A DNA stretch of 64,000 nucleotides from Schizochytrium sp. TIO01 (Eukaryota; Protista; Bigyra: Labyrinthulomycetes), in NCBI GenBank assembly GCA_004764695.1, contig SMSO01000006.1, positions 201,859-265,858 of the forward strand. Direction: 5' to 3'. This document shows, piece after piece, positions 11,587 to 25,563 of the stretch. A program made the translations under genes and the position numbers. Below the pieces are notes generated by a model that saw only the letters and a list, made by a program, of their open reading frames with translations, was not told where the DNA came from and made no database searches. How positions within the stretch are numbered: the stretch's first letter is position 1; the number at the start of each line of letters is the position of its first letter.

Positions 11587-14500
11587 TTGAGAACGAGGTC
11601 ATACACAGGCACGAGGAAACCGGCTGCTGGTCTGGTTGATCGGCTGACTGGTTTGTTTCATCACTGTTGAGGGTCTCTCTCATTCAGCTGCAATCGATTG
11701 ATGGATGGATCGATCGATTGGTTGATTCATCAATTGAGTGACCCCCTCCTCTCTAGCTACAGAGAGGTGCTCAACTAACTACCTGATGCCACAGAGGTAG
11801 TAGCAGTAGAGAATACCTGAGTAGTAGTAGTAGTAGTAGGGGTAGTTCGAAAAGAAAGTATCATTGAAAAGAATTAAATAAAAATAAAAAACAAACAATT
11901 AAAGCAAACGTTCCATTTCGATCTGGTTTTTGCTCTCCAGTTCCCTGCCATCGCTCTCAGCTTCCTTCTTCATTCGTTCTAATATTGACGAAGCGTATCT
12001 CTTTCTCCACAAGAGCCATCGCGTCTTGCGGACCCCAGACGTCCGCCTCTGCTTGAAAAGAACGTTGGAAGCAAAAAGGAAAGAAAGAAAGACACCTGAA
12101 TGAATGAACGGAGCGAGTCTTTCCTGTCTTTCATCTGCGACGACCCAGGGGATGACATCATGGCCAAAAGCATGGGTATTCGATTAGATACGGGGAAGGA
12201 GGAAAAAGAAGGCAGGCAAGGGCAAGTGGGTTTTAGAATTATAGTTCACTTGTTGGCAAGGGAGCAAGTCAAATATGGGCAGTATAGGTCACTGTGAGGG
12301 TGAAACTAGGATTCGAGCAACCTCCGTTGTTCCTTTGTTTGCTCACCCAGGAAGCGAGACAATGCCAGATCCTTCGCCTTGGAGGAAACATGCATATTGA
12401 TTGGCCTGAGGTTTGCAGAGCACTCAGATAGATACAAATCGGCAAAATACATAGCACGTTATGCCTCGTTATGGTCATCTACAAGTTCGTTCAAGTTGTG
12501 TTACTATTATACTTTTATGATTGGGGATAATTAGGAACTGGAGAGAATCCGTTCGCCACTTCTATTTCTTAATGCTGGGCCGGCCAATCAGCGTGAAAGT
12601 CAGAAACGAATACGCAAAACGAGTTTTCACGCAATATTACATTTGAGTAAACAAGTACTTGCTCGACACTCCAGTAGCACAAGCATGTGGGCCCTCGCAG
12701 TCATACACACCAACGTAAAGGCAAGTCTCATTTGTTTTTGACTACCTAGCAGGTGCCATCAGCTGCAGAAGTGTACAAAATCTTAAGGCTATGAAAGACC
12801 AAGGAGCACACGCCATTCACTCTTTTCCTTGTTTCAATAAACGCCAGATGAATTAAAAAAGAGGAGCACCTAGTAGTGAAAGATGTACGAATAACTTTGA
12901 AAAAAGCAAAGAATGGAAAATGGCAATCTTGTGGGAAATTGTCAGATCTACCGACTTCTATAAAGTACCTCTGTAGTTAGTAGCTATATACCTACTTACC
13001 TACCTACCTCAGCTAGTACTCGTAGTTTTTCTTTTTTTTCTCTTTTTCAACAAAATTAAAAAGCGAACAGCTTTTGATACAAGAGACTTCAGATCATTCC
13101 GTTGAGAAAGTAAGGTACATTCCAAAATTGAATAAAATCATGAGTGTTCATGGAGTAGCAATTGGACACTCCGAAAATTTACTAGGTACTCTACTATGCT
13201 AGTTTCACCAGATTAGTACAACGAGGAATTACAAGACAGTAGAGTAAGTATCGTGAAGCTTCAAAAGAGGCGGGAAAAGAAGCAACACAAAGGAGTGAGT
13301 GCTGTACTCATGACAGAGTAACCAGGACAACGTTCCTTGTTGCGACTCTCGAGGACGTTCCAAAGTCACAAAAGTAACGAAGAATCAAGGCATTGATGGA
13401 GATAGCCCTCATCTTCAAGAAACGAAATATCACGCAAGGGCGTGCCAGAGATGATGAACAGTAGCCCCAGTCGAGATTACTATCAAGATACAAGAGACTA
13501 CCGCTCGAGTTTTCAATGGTGTTACAGTAGGATCTAATGAAAAAGGGAGCTTTGTGTATGAATGTAAGTGCCGTCTCTGGCTACTTACGTAAGGTGCAAG
13601 AGACTCTCATAAATAGTAAAGCCTTAGCGAAGCTTTTATTGATTTGAAGACCTAGCGGCTATAGTTCCACTCTCCATAACAATTGAATTCTATGTAATCA
13701 TTACAAGATACGACAAAATTTGTTCACAGGATCTATCGTTCAATGGATTTCTGAAAACAAGCACATGTGCTAAAAAGGAAATTGTTGAATATACAATTTT
13801 AATGAAACGAAACGGCAACATTCTAATGCAAGATCTGTGTGTTTGGGCAGTAATACTAGCATAAGTCTCTTGGAACAATTATTTTATGATTCGCTCGCGA
13901 AATAATTGCATTTGATCCATTGAACGCATCTGTGCTGAACGGGAACTAAGCGTTTCCCTGCAGCCGCTCGCTACTAGTAAAAATTAACGTTATCCTCAAA
14001 GACCTTCAGAGCGAATCCGTGGGGAAATTATAATTCTGCAACCTGCTATGCCTAGCGTCTGTGCTGTAGCTTTGTACTAGCTCGCAAGAGACTGTTCCGT
14101 TGGCAAAATATTATAAGTTGCTACTACACCTAGCTGTTGCCTCTTCTAGTGTGACCAGAAGGTGCCTATTTCTTTTAGCTGTCTCAACTGGAAGATGTAG
14201 TGCGTAACGTTTGATTGTAGCGGACCAAACAGAGCAACTATTCGCTCAAAGAAGATAAGTGGAAAAGGGGGAGCTGATAGATGTAATTACAAGAGATGAG
14301 ACTACTAAGTAGTTGCTTTCGAGATGCAGAATCTGGCCGCTTCTGCTATAACCTGTTCATAGTATGTGAAGAGTTTCTCGTTCAAAATCATGAAACGCTC
14401 TAATGTAGCATCCAACGCCTCATTCAGAAAAACCACAAACATCGAGCAACAGACCACAGAGAGAGAGAGAGAGAAGCTGGAAGGAGAAGAACAAGCTAAA

Positions 14501-15339
14501 GTTAGAATAGTTAGAATGTTAGAGGAAGAGAGGGAAGCAGATTAAATGAGAACCTGTTTTAATTTCGGGCCTGTGTGTCTCTGTTACTCGTCACCTGGAA
14601 AAAAAATAAAATAAAAATGTCATGAAAGGCATGTTGTGTGTCCGCCAGGGTTGTCACAATTTTCCTTGTCAACAGAGTAAAGCAAAGTCTACAAGTTAGT
14701 CCATTAGTCCATTTGTCCATGATCATTACTTCCCCTCGTGCAACAAGAGGATAAGCGAGTCTCAAAGTTTAAGGAAACATCCAGCTTTAATAAAAGAAAG
14801 GAACTCTTTTGTTTACGGTGAACAATGACGTGTATAACCGTTTTAAAAGATACTTTGACTGCTAGCCTTTTGATGAGCGGCAGCACTTGCCGGTAGTTGC
14901 ATGTAGGTAGGCGGACGGTATTTCATTTATTTGCTTTGCTTTGAGGTTTCTATTTTTATTTATTTATCTATCTATCTTTTAGAATATATAAAAAAGACTA
15001 TTAGGGTCATTTTATCCTTTGGGTAGTATTATTTATACTACAAGATTACTATTTATTTTTATCTTTATTTAAAAAAAAACTCGAGAAGACAAAAAAATCA
15101 ATCATAGCTCCTAGCAAGCTCTCATGTTTATGGTAGCAACATAATAAATATCACCAATCCCTGACCCAGTTGTTATTCATGCAAACTGTTTCGTGACCTT
15201 TTGAGCATTTGCTGGCCTTAAGAGTACCTTTTAATTCTCGCTAGAACCAGATACTTTTTTTTACTGTCCCCCTTTCCAACGGACTTAGCCTCAACTGCAC
15301 TACCACTGTACCTGCTCCTCCTCTAAGATCAATCCATTA

Positions 15340-15589
<250 letters not shown>

Positions 15590-18500
15590 CGATCGATCGG
15601 GCGAGGACCGGATGGAGGACCCTTTTTTAGCACCTCCCACACTATACACAAGGTGGTCCGCAACGAAGGTTTTGAAGGATACAATTTCTGGCGCAATGGC
15701 AATGCCGCAGCTAAAAGGTCGTGCTAAATACTTGAGCCGCTTCAGCATTCGCTCGTCTCTCAGTTGACTGATGTGACTATAAACAAAAGCTTAGCTTCAA
15801 CGACAACTCGCTCTGGAAGGTTGATTTAGCTTGCAAGAATCAAAGATAAAGAAGCCCGCGCCCGTGTGGTTTCCGAATGCTGGGAATTTGCATTTACAGA
15901 AGCCAATTCTATGCAAAAGGGATAACATGCGCACCTCAGCGAAAGCGGACCGCTAGAAACATACGGCTTTCATGTCGTCTTCGTCAGCTTGGCTCCGTCC
16001 ACGCTCGGTCCCAGGGCACGCGAGCCTTAGAGGTCATGGGCGCCACGATCCTTCATCTTCACCTCGAGAACCAAGACAGCAACAAACGCTCTTGCTCTAC
16101 AACAGCAACTTTCTTTCCTTTCTCTGCCTGTTTAAAGAACGCTTTCGTTGCCTTTGGAACGGTTTCCTATTCCAATCTCTATACACGCCTACCATTCGCA
16201 CTCCTGATAAGAGAACGACCTGCCGCCAGCATCGGCTCCCCTGACCGCCGGTCTCTGCCGACTCCTCACTTGGACTGAACCTCTCTACGTTCACAGTTAA
16301 TTCCCTTTCCACGCCGCTCCCACCTCTCCACGTCTAGTCCCATATAGCTGCTACCTTCGCCTTACTAGGCCTCCAGCTAGCTAGTCAGCAAGCAGCAACT
16401 CCTACCCACCTTCTAACTAAGTAGATAGCTAGCTAGCTAGTTAGCTAGTACCTCACTAGCTTGCCGCTCAGGCTCTCCGAGGTCTCGTTCTCACGCCACT
16501 TGACTGAGGGCCTGGGCGGAGACGCGAGGGACGCCACTTTGGAGCATGCATGAGCAATTCACGGAAGTCCAACCTCAGGCAAGCGGCACTGAGAAGGCCG
16601 GCTTGGCAGCGAGTGAGTGGTTGTTTTGGCGTGAGTTCTGCCCAAGTTCTTCATCAAGCTTTACAAAAGCAAACTGCATAGTATATTCAAAATAAATAAA
16701 CAAATAATAATCATAAACTTGGAATTATCAGTGCGTCGCTTGCTCACTCAGGTACGATCCTGCGAATCTCTGTCATGCCGAAGTACCTGAGTACCTATAT
16801 AGGCATCTATCTTTCTCTACCTAGAGAGGGTGCCTCGTCTTGTCTTTGCCAATCTTTGCCATTCGACTTGGAATGTCTTTCGCACCACGTGAATAAGCGT
16901 GCTGACCTCACTCTCATCGAGTTGGTAGATGCTGGATCAGCAGTCTTAGCCGTTTCCTACCTCGACTAGCAGCACATCGCTAATCAAATTCGCCACTAAG
17001 AATCGACTACCTCAGTGTAGGCGGTTCAACGAGTTGTACGTGGGTAGTAGAGGTGATCTGTTTTCCTCACTTTGCTTGTTTTAACGAAAAACCAACAATT
17101 TTAAAAGTGTGTCGGGTTTTCCAACACGATATAGTATTTTTTATTTTTTTAAATGTTATTATTTTATAAATAATGTTTTTAAAGAGACGAAGGGGGATAT
17201 TAAAATGTTAAAATACTACGAAGGAGTAAGGCAGTCCGGACAAAAACTTTTGAGAAGGAGTGCTTAATTGCTAGACCGAGAATAGCTGGCCTTAGCAGCG
17301 GATGTGGCAAATTCACTGCTTCGATCCACTCGCACACACTCCTTAGGGTTGCTACTAGCTACCGGCCTACCTAGCTAGCACAGAAAAAAGGACAATCGTG
17401 GCCGTAGGAACTGCTTAAGCAATGAAGCGACCGACAGCCAAGCAACCAAACCAGAGACCATGACAGCGAGAGAGCAAGAAAGCGACAAGGCTCAGAGTCG
17501 CAGAGTTGAGGCAAGCGATGATGCTCTAGAGATGGTGAGTCACTCTCCTTGGTAGGAAGTTGAATGGGTGATTTGCTGCCACCACGAGTAGTGCTCTTGA
17601 TCCCCGGGCGTGATTGGCGAGGGAAATTGCGCCAACTTGAAGCTCGGAGCCACAATGTATGTGGTAGCTCTCAGTGTTTTTTGTGTGTAAAAGCTATTTC
17701 TCTTTTGAAAAAGACGACCATTGAGGGCTTTGAGTACTGATACGGCTTACTAAGTGCAGTGCTTTAATAGCAAGAGGAACTCGGACTTGAAACAAAAAAG
17801 CGGAGAAAACCATCACTTCCTTTCCCTCACCCGATTGTAAATTACAGAATTATGTGAGCGTTACCAAATGTATTCCTTGCATTACCCAACGATGGAGCTT
17901 CACAGGTTGGTCCTTGTTAGTACATCATGAATTCAACGGTCATGGCGTAACCATTCTAATTCAATGCATGGTTAAGAAAACCAGAGTTTGCAGATTTGCA
18001 AGCTTTTCCGGGGTCTGCTGTACAATTTGAGCTTTATTGTTCCTGCCATTTATTTCAGGTTATATAATTTTACTAAAAATAAAAAGTTAAACAAAAAAAG
18101 TCTTGAAATAGCTTTGTTTAAAATACAAAAAAGCAAAACTAGCAAGAATATCACATAGTATTGCAGAAAATGCTGGAACTTTAGCTACATTGCGTGCAAA
18201 AACTCGGCCCGTGCCTATTCCCTATATCCGCTTTCCTCACGATATTTACCATGTGCTGATAGGCAAAGCCCGAAGCTGCTGCTTCTGTGGTCATGCATGC
18301 AGCACGGACTATTATAATAGTAGTAGAAGAGAGTGCGATATTATCATAGTATATGAATTTGGAAATATTAAATATAAAAAAATTAAATAAACTTAAACTA
18401 AACTTAAAAAAAATAAAAAATAACACCGAGCCTCGAGAGTAAAGCAACCAGCATCCATGATGACAGAAGTAACTTTTGTATTTTGTCGCGTGGAATTCAA

Positions 18501-20947
18501 CGAACTCGCTTCCTTCCTTTAGAAATGCTTTTTCTATTTTTAAAGCCCACCTGCATTATTGCAGGTGGAAAGGCTTAGTATATGCATTGGGGTTGATAGT
18601 TTAACTCTACCTACCAATCCTTACGTGATCAACGATACTGTGACAAAGGTAGGTATGTTCTTCTTAACGAGACCATGGTAGGTGTAGCTTTCGATTATTT
18701 CTTTCCTAGATTTTTAATTTATGAAGAAAAGAAAACTTCGATTGATTTTCAAGTTTTTCAAATTCATTCAAAGTTTGCTGTCAAGGTATAATGGTTTCTA
18801 ATAAAAAATTAAATTAAATTAAATTTGCAAGGATGTTACCTGCTTACCAATATATAATATAGTCCTACTGCTGAAACGATAAAAGGATGAGGGTAAAGGA
18901 CTTGCACTCCATCATCTACTACTATTATCTCTGGCTGACTAGCTGAATGACTGACCGACTAGGTGGGAGTGAGGATGCTTGAGGCCTTTTCGATCAAATT
19001 CCTGGAGCTTATCGACACCACCTTTGCATTGAAGGGAGACGTTGGTCTAGCTCGCATTGGCGTTGACAATGCCGGGCGAGTTTGCTCTTGTGCAACAGCA
19101 ACAGTTGTCCAGATAGGCGTGCAAATTCCCGCATGCATTGCTGATTGTGGTTTCAGATAATTCATTTATATTGATCATCACTGTTAATAGATGAGATAGA
19201 TAGTAGCTATCAACAGTATTTATTGTCATAGCGGTAGAAAATGTTGTATGCACAATTGTTTGGTAAAATTCACGAATGGCACACTCGCATTGCATTCGTT
19301 CCCTGCAGAAGCACAAGTTTGCATACGTGAATTCTTGCGGATGTGACACGACCCACTACAACTCAGTCCTGTGCATGTGCCAATTTCAAGCAAAATCTTC
19401 CTGACATTTTGAATTGATGTGCGCAGCTTTAGCCTACCGGTGAGAAGAATGGATTTTGATAAGACATCGCTTCTTCTATCTCCAGAGCTGGTTATATCTA
19501 GAAAGGAATCGACGATGACCCTCAAATTCTGACAAAATATAACAAAATCACGAAATAACACACACATTCCTCAGCCTCACATAGGCTGAACCCACCACTT
19601 GCGGTGGATGAAGGGAAGTCCTTCAAAGCAATTAGTGTGTTTCCTATAATTTGTCATATGTCATACGAATTCTTGGCAATTTATGTGTACCCAGCTTATA
19701 GCCACTCACGGATTCGTTTTGTTCAAATATTCAAATAGATGGATGCATCAAACCGAGTTTCTGTAAGAGCATTCAACCTAAAACAAATCCAAGTATTAGC
19801 TTAAAGGCCAAGTGGCGGTGTCTGTAGTTACAAGACGAGTAAACTTATGCGTATCGGCTCTATGAATCAAAATCAAATTGCTGCTATGAAATCTTGAGAA
19901 CGACCCAGCGAGTTCAACTAGTAAAATGGGCAAGGGCCTTATAAAGCTTTCACCAAAGAATTCCATGAATGATGAGAACTACAGAAATGGGCACCTTCCT
20001 ATATACCTAGGCACTATTTAGTGTGACGAGTCGGAAAGAAAGTGGACATATGCAGAACAACTTCATTTAAAATAGAGAAACAGGCACTATGTGCTCAGCT
20101 AAAATCAAAGGGGAGCAATTATTTCCGTACAGTCTGCTTAGAACTGGACAATTGACTTAAATTCTTGCTGCCCAAGCAGTTTTGCCAAAACCTGGAGCAT
20201 CCTAAGATTAGACTCTCCCAGAGGTTCTTCTTGGCATTCATCTCATTGGTTTAGCCATGTGCAGATAATAATAATACCACGGAGATCTGTAAACATTTTT
20301 TTGTTAGAAAATAAATAAATAAAATAGTGTGAATGTTTTCAAATTTAAAAGGCAAAACAAAACAAAACAAAACATTTTTTTCAATTAAAATGCCAGAGAA
20401 AAAAGAAAAGAAAAAAAGAGGAGCTGTTTGATGAAAACTTTTCTAATACTGGTATCGTTCCTCCGGCCTAGCTATTATTAACGAGCCACTACCCCCCCCC
20501 CCTGGTAGGAATTTCACTTTCCTTGTGATTGACCCTAAAAATTAAATAAAAGCTTACATGTTACTCGAAATAACATCACAGAACACAATAAAAGGAGACG
20601 CCGAAATAGTCTCGACCCGGGGCAGCAGCAGCAAACTCCAAACACATTTCGATCGGATCGGGCCCAGGTTCTTGCGTCTCTGTGGACTCTATTGCTTTCT
20701 GCTCAGTTGTCGTTGCCATTAAAAGGCGTCCTCAGCTCGAAGCAAGCTCGTTCACTCTGCATTGAGGTGGAGTGAGCAGTTGTGTTCTAGCTTTCTCAAC
20801 AGGTAATAACCTCTCTATACAAAGCTTTGATAACTTGTGGGCGAGGGAGTAAGCTCGGGCAGATTCACCACGGCACGGGGAGGCTGGTTGCGCTGACTGT
20901 AGTCGCGTAAATCATCCTGATCCAGCCAAATATTTCAAGCACCTTTT

Positions 20948-21931
20948 ATGGAGAGCCCCCTGAAGGTGAACAACAGCAGCAGCAACAACAACAACATCAT
21001 CATTAAGGACAATAGCAACACAATGTGCAGGGTATACCTTTTCATCTGGACCACTATTTTATTTATTGTCAGTGCAGTTGTGGTTGTAAATGCTGGGGCC
21101 TCAGCTTTCAGTGGCGCGGCACTTCGTGGCGAGTTGTCACACACGAAAACACTCACGAGGCGTACCCCGCCGGTGCGAAAACCAGTAGCAAAGCCTCTGT
21201 ACCCCGTAACGCGAACTATCTATGTTTTGGGACCCGAGTCCTCTGGTACTCGCTTTGTAAGTCGTAGTATTGGCCAGGCACTCGATCCAACAACCCGATG
21301 GAATGGCGAGTTTCCTCCTTGCAAGACCTTCGATGATCACAATACCAAAGAGTCGTACCATATCCAACATATCTCACTTCCTTGGGGAGGGGTTTGCAAA
21401 GACAAAATTGAGATCCTACAAAATGTGAACCTGTGTGGCATCGCTCCTAAACAACCTCGCTGGTTTGTTGACATCAAGTCGTTGCTTAACGCACACCCCA
21501 AGGACTACGCTGTGGTTTTGACCCGGGATCCTAACTTCGCATTGCGCTCCGTCTTGAAAAAACATTGTTTCAAGCAAGAAATGGCGATTAAGGAGCGAGA
21601 CACCGCAATACGCCTCATCAATGAAGCATTGTCCGAGCCGAGCATTAGTGACCGCCTTGTCCACGTTGAATACGAGACACTTGGCACCTTGCCTGAAGTG
21701 ACTTGGAATAAAGTTTTCAAAGTCCTCAAGATTCAACCGGTGAGTGCGTTCAAAACTCCATTTTTCAAGAGTGGAAACCATTTTCGCCGTGCACTACAGT
21801 TTTCTCCTAATTTCGATGAATATGATGAAGACGGAGACCTTGATGGTTGGGGTAATTCTACTCTTATTGGTTCTGAAGAGGAGGAAGACAATTCCGATGA
21901 TTTTCAAGATGGTGATGAACAAGAGGCATAA
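20948..21931 (+). CDS. Sulfotransferase-fold (P-loop) protein with N-terminal signal anchor, paralog A
   Basis: 327-aa ORF (alternative ATG at 21023 just before the hydrophobic segment). Motifs: IYVLGPESSGTRFVSRSI (5'-PSB-like loop), VVLTRDP (3'-PB-like) and HVEYETL (YEDL-like); acidic C-terminal tail. Confidence 0.75.
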   Translation: MESPLKVNNSSSNNNNIIIKDNSNTMCRVYLFIWTTILFIVSAVVVVNAGASAFSGAALRGELSHTKTLTRRTPPVRKPVAKPLYPVTRTIYVLGPESSGTRFVSRSIGQALDPTTRWNGEFPPCKTFDDHNTKESYHIQHISLPWGGVCKDKIEILQNVNLCGIAPKQPRWFVDIKSLLNAHPKDYAVVLTRDPNFALRSVLKKHCFKQEMAIKERDTAIRLINEALSEPSISDRLVHVEYETLGTLPEVTWNKVFKVLKIQPVSAFKTPFFKSGNHFRRALQFSPNFDEYDEDGDLDGWGNSTLIGSEEEEDNSDDFQDGDEQEA

Positions 21932-24900
21932 ACGTTCCTCACTTTCTAAGCTGGGACCCATATTTCCAGTCCTGTCAAGGCTTAAGTTCTTCACATCAAC
22001 AGTAGAAATTGCTTATACAAGAGTATATAGTGATTAAGCAACGAATCAAGTGCAACCTATGCACATACAAAAATTTCCATCAAAGCCTGATTGTATGTGC
22101 TTTATTTTATATCGTTTGAGGACTTTCGATGAGATGTGGAAAAGACAGAAGGAGCTTAACCTAGTGCTCACCAACTTTAGTAATGCTGGGCGCCTACATT
22201 TATGTCTCTATCATGTATAGATTGTTTCTTCACATTTCCTGGGATCGAAGTCGTAGTAGTTTTTCCAAGGCCCGATTCTGGCGCAATTCCACTAGATTTA
22301 TCCTGAATCTTGATCTAGGTTCTGGAATACAATGGAGGATCCTTCTGCTCCTATCGAGAGGAAGCAAGGAGAAAGTAAACTCACCCCAGGCGATGGAATT
22401 GACGTTCAACAATTATTTGATTCCAGCATGCCTCCTTCATACGACGTTCTTCGCATCTTTATTTGTAGTGCACATGTGAGTGTGAAGAATCATGAATGAT
22501 AGATTGATCATTAATACCTGGGTGTTAATGAACTTTTAAAAACCAAGTTATATGTAAAATTGGAAAGAGAATATTGGCATTATCATTTAAATGAAGGCCT
22601 GATCCTTTATGAAAACAATACTTTAATATTCGACAAAACTTTTCGATTGCTCACGGCTTACCTCCTTTATTCTTAAAGCCTTCCTTGTACCAAGTAGAAC
22701 GGTTGCTTTCATACAACGAAGCACGGTTGGTACAACTATGAAATTCTGACAAATGCCATCTTCATATATGACACACCTACGAGAATATCAAAAGGTTGTG
22801 AATGCTTGTTTTCCATGTTAGATGTTTATGTATATAGTTACCTATATACCCTACTCCATACTCCTTCCTCCCATGCAGTGGGGCTAGGAACCTGACATTG
22901 ATTGTCGCATCATTTCGGAATAGCAAACAAGCACTTTCACTAGTCAGAGGTACTGAGTTAAAATCTTTTAACTTGGTCAGGTCATAATACCCTCAATACG
23001 GCAAACCAGGAACCTCCACGGCGTAGGTAGGCCCAACGAGCAGCGCCTCTTTTCGCCATTAATTCTAATTTCTGACATCCAGTTCCACAGGCTTGCACAA
23101 AGATGTTCCAGGTAGAAGAGGTATTAAGTTGTAAGAAAACTACTACGTGCCACAGTAAATTAGGGGTCGGTCTCTAAGGCCCAAGGACTACCACATGACA
23201 GCCTGGGCGACTCACTATCCAGTACTTTCCGCAGAATGAAATAGGAAACTTGAAGTCAGAGCCGAAAACTGGATCCCAGGATCTACCATGCTTGAAGAAA
23301 GTCGCCTTTCCTCCTCGCCTCAATTATGTTTAGGGCCGATCTTCGTCTTCCTCGCCACTCGTGTGAGATTCGGCTCCAGCGGTAACAGCACCAGTCTTGG
23401 TACCAGAGAGACATCTCATCGGAAAGGACTGAATCAACTTTTAATTCCGAAGATGAAGCGAACCTTGAGGAGCTTCTGCACAGGCCTCCCCCTTCAAGGC
23501 ATGGCCGACAGCTCCTTTCAGCTTTGACGTCAGTTTATGAACTGTTGAGTCGACCGAGGTTTTAATTGCTCTTGTGTAGGAATCCAGAAACTCGCGAGTA
23601 TCGTAGGCAGTGTATGTATGTATATACAGAGCTTCCTGCTCCCAGAACTTCCAAGCCTAAAAAAACTTGGAAAGAACTAGGGACCTACAATATGTATTGG
23701 TCTAGCTCTCGACTATAATAGGTGGTGGATTGTGGTACTTAGTACTTGCTTGGTTGGCAATTGAAAGCGAGTGACGTGGTGATTGATTGTGCTTATCTCC
23801 TATTGAAGCTCCGGTTGCTGATCCCAGGTTCTTATGTTTGAAGAGCACTCTCGCAATTTTCCCAGAGGTGATTAGCTGAAATCTTTGAGCCTGAGTAAAA
23901 ACTCAAGCCTGAACATTCATCATCGCTGATTAAAAAGGGAAAGCATTTCTCTCATTTCATAGAAGTGGTAGTTGTAGGTAGGTACACCTACCTACATAGT
24001 ACCACCTTTTTTACTCTTTTTCTTTTCTGTGCTTAGACAGGGAAAGAGGCGGCAAAGTACGATATACACAAAAGAAAAAATCACCAAAAGGTAGTGACGG
24101 CATTTTTTTTCTGGTTGCTTGGATCTTCATGAATGCACATTTTAGGGAATGTTTATTGGGTCTGAGAGACCTCGGTAGCAAGTTATAAACTCTAATATAT
24201 ATATGTTATATATATTTTTTATTTTTTATTTTTAAAATTAAAAACATGAACAAAAAAACATGTACTATAGTCTGTACTTACTAGTACTTTTACGAGTATT
24301 AAAATTATAAATAAAAACAATTTATAATTTTCAAATGGACAACAAGGCAATAAAATTGGACAAAACTGACAACAAAAACTACAATAAACATCAAACTGTA
24401 TCAAATCAAATTGAACTATCGCAAGTTAGCATGAGGCGAACACCAAGAGATAGTGTAAGTAGAGAGACGAAGGAACAGAATAGTTAGCATTAACGCTCAG
24501 GAACTGCTGACAAGGTCCATCCATTGTCCAAGTCTAGGCTTGGGCTTGTGTATGTTCTAATTGAGTGTTCTCAAAGATCCACAGCTATGTACACACATAG
24601 CTGTTAGACTTCAATAAATACCTGCTGCAACAGAGGTAGAAGGGTCTTGAGATCCAAATTGGAATGCCGTGGCCAGCAACATAACGACCAAACGCATGGA
24701 GAGACATCCTTTTCTATTTATTTATCTACATTTATTTAAAATAAAACCCACTAGATTGGACTTGAACCAGCCACAGACGTGGATGGGTGTGTGTGCCATG
24801 TCCAGCAAATTATCTTGGAAACACCCTTCAAGTTGCGAGAAACCATGATGCTATGAATTATTGATTTACAACAGCACAGGTACCGCAGACATCATAAGCT

Positions 24901-25451
24901 TTTGCTTCCAGGATTTGTGTAGATCCAGGTGGCTTATGCCCTTTCCCAGAAAAATGACCCATAATCAGACTTTCTTCCTTGCTAGGTCTGAGATCTCCTA
25001 GCTAGAGATTAATGTACATTAGCAATGTAAAGAACAGCATGTGAGAACCACAAAGTCTTTCGTCAAGATCAGTTTATAGCTATGTACCTAGATTCTGCCA
25101 CGGGACTATGTCGAAGGCACCAAAACACGCCATGAATTCTGCAAAGCTGCTCTCTTTTCGCAAGGAGTTGAAGATGAAATGTGATCCCTAAGAACAGAGT
25201 GCATTTGCATGGCCCCTGTGTTGGCACTAGTACTCTAGCTAGAGAGACCTATTAGGATGTGTAATTTTGGGCTGGACACAGACTATACTAGCTAATGATG
25301 CACTTTATCCGGCGTTTTGGGCTACCGACCCATATATGGCGATATGAACTCTCAGTAGTGGTCGAAACCGCACGAGTCCGTGACAGGTATTATCATGGCT
25401 CAGTAGAATGACTAAGCGGTTCATTACGGGTTTCTACCCATACTGAAGAGG

Positions 25452-25459
25452 TATAAATA
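25452..25459 (+). promoter_or_regulatory. Candidate TATA box for sulfotransferase paralog B
   Basis: TATAAATA about 105 bp upstream of ATG 25564. Confidence 0.4.
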
Positions 25460-25563
25460 GCATAGCGCCACTAGTTATTCCAACCGATGAAACAGACAAC
25501 CCTTCCAGGCAGACTTTGAATGCAGGCATAGCCAAGGAGCAGTCCATTTTGGCTGTCTGCAAG

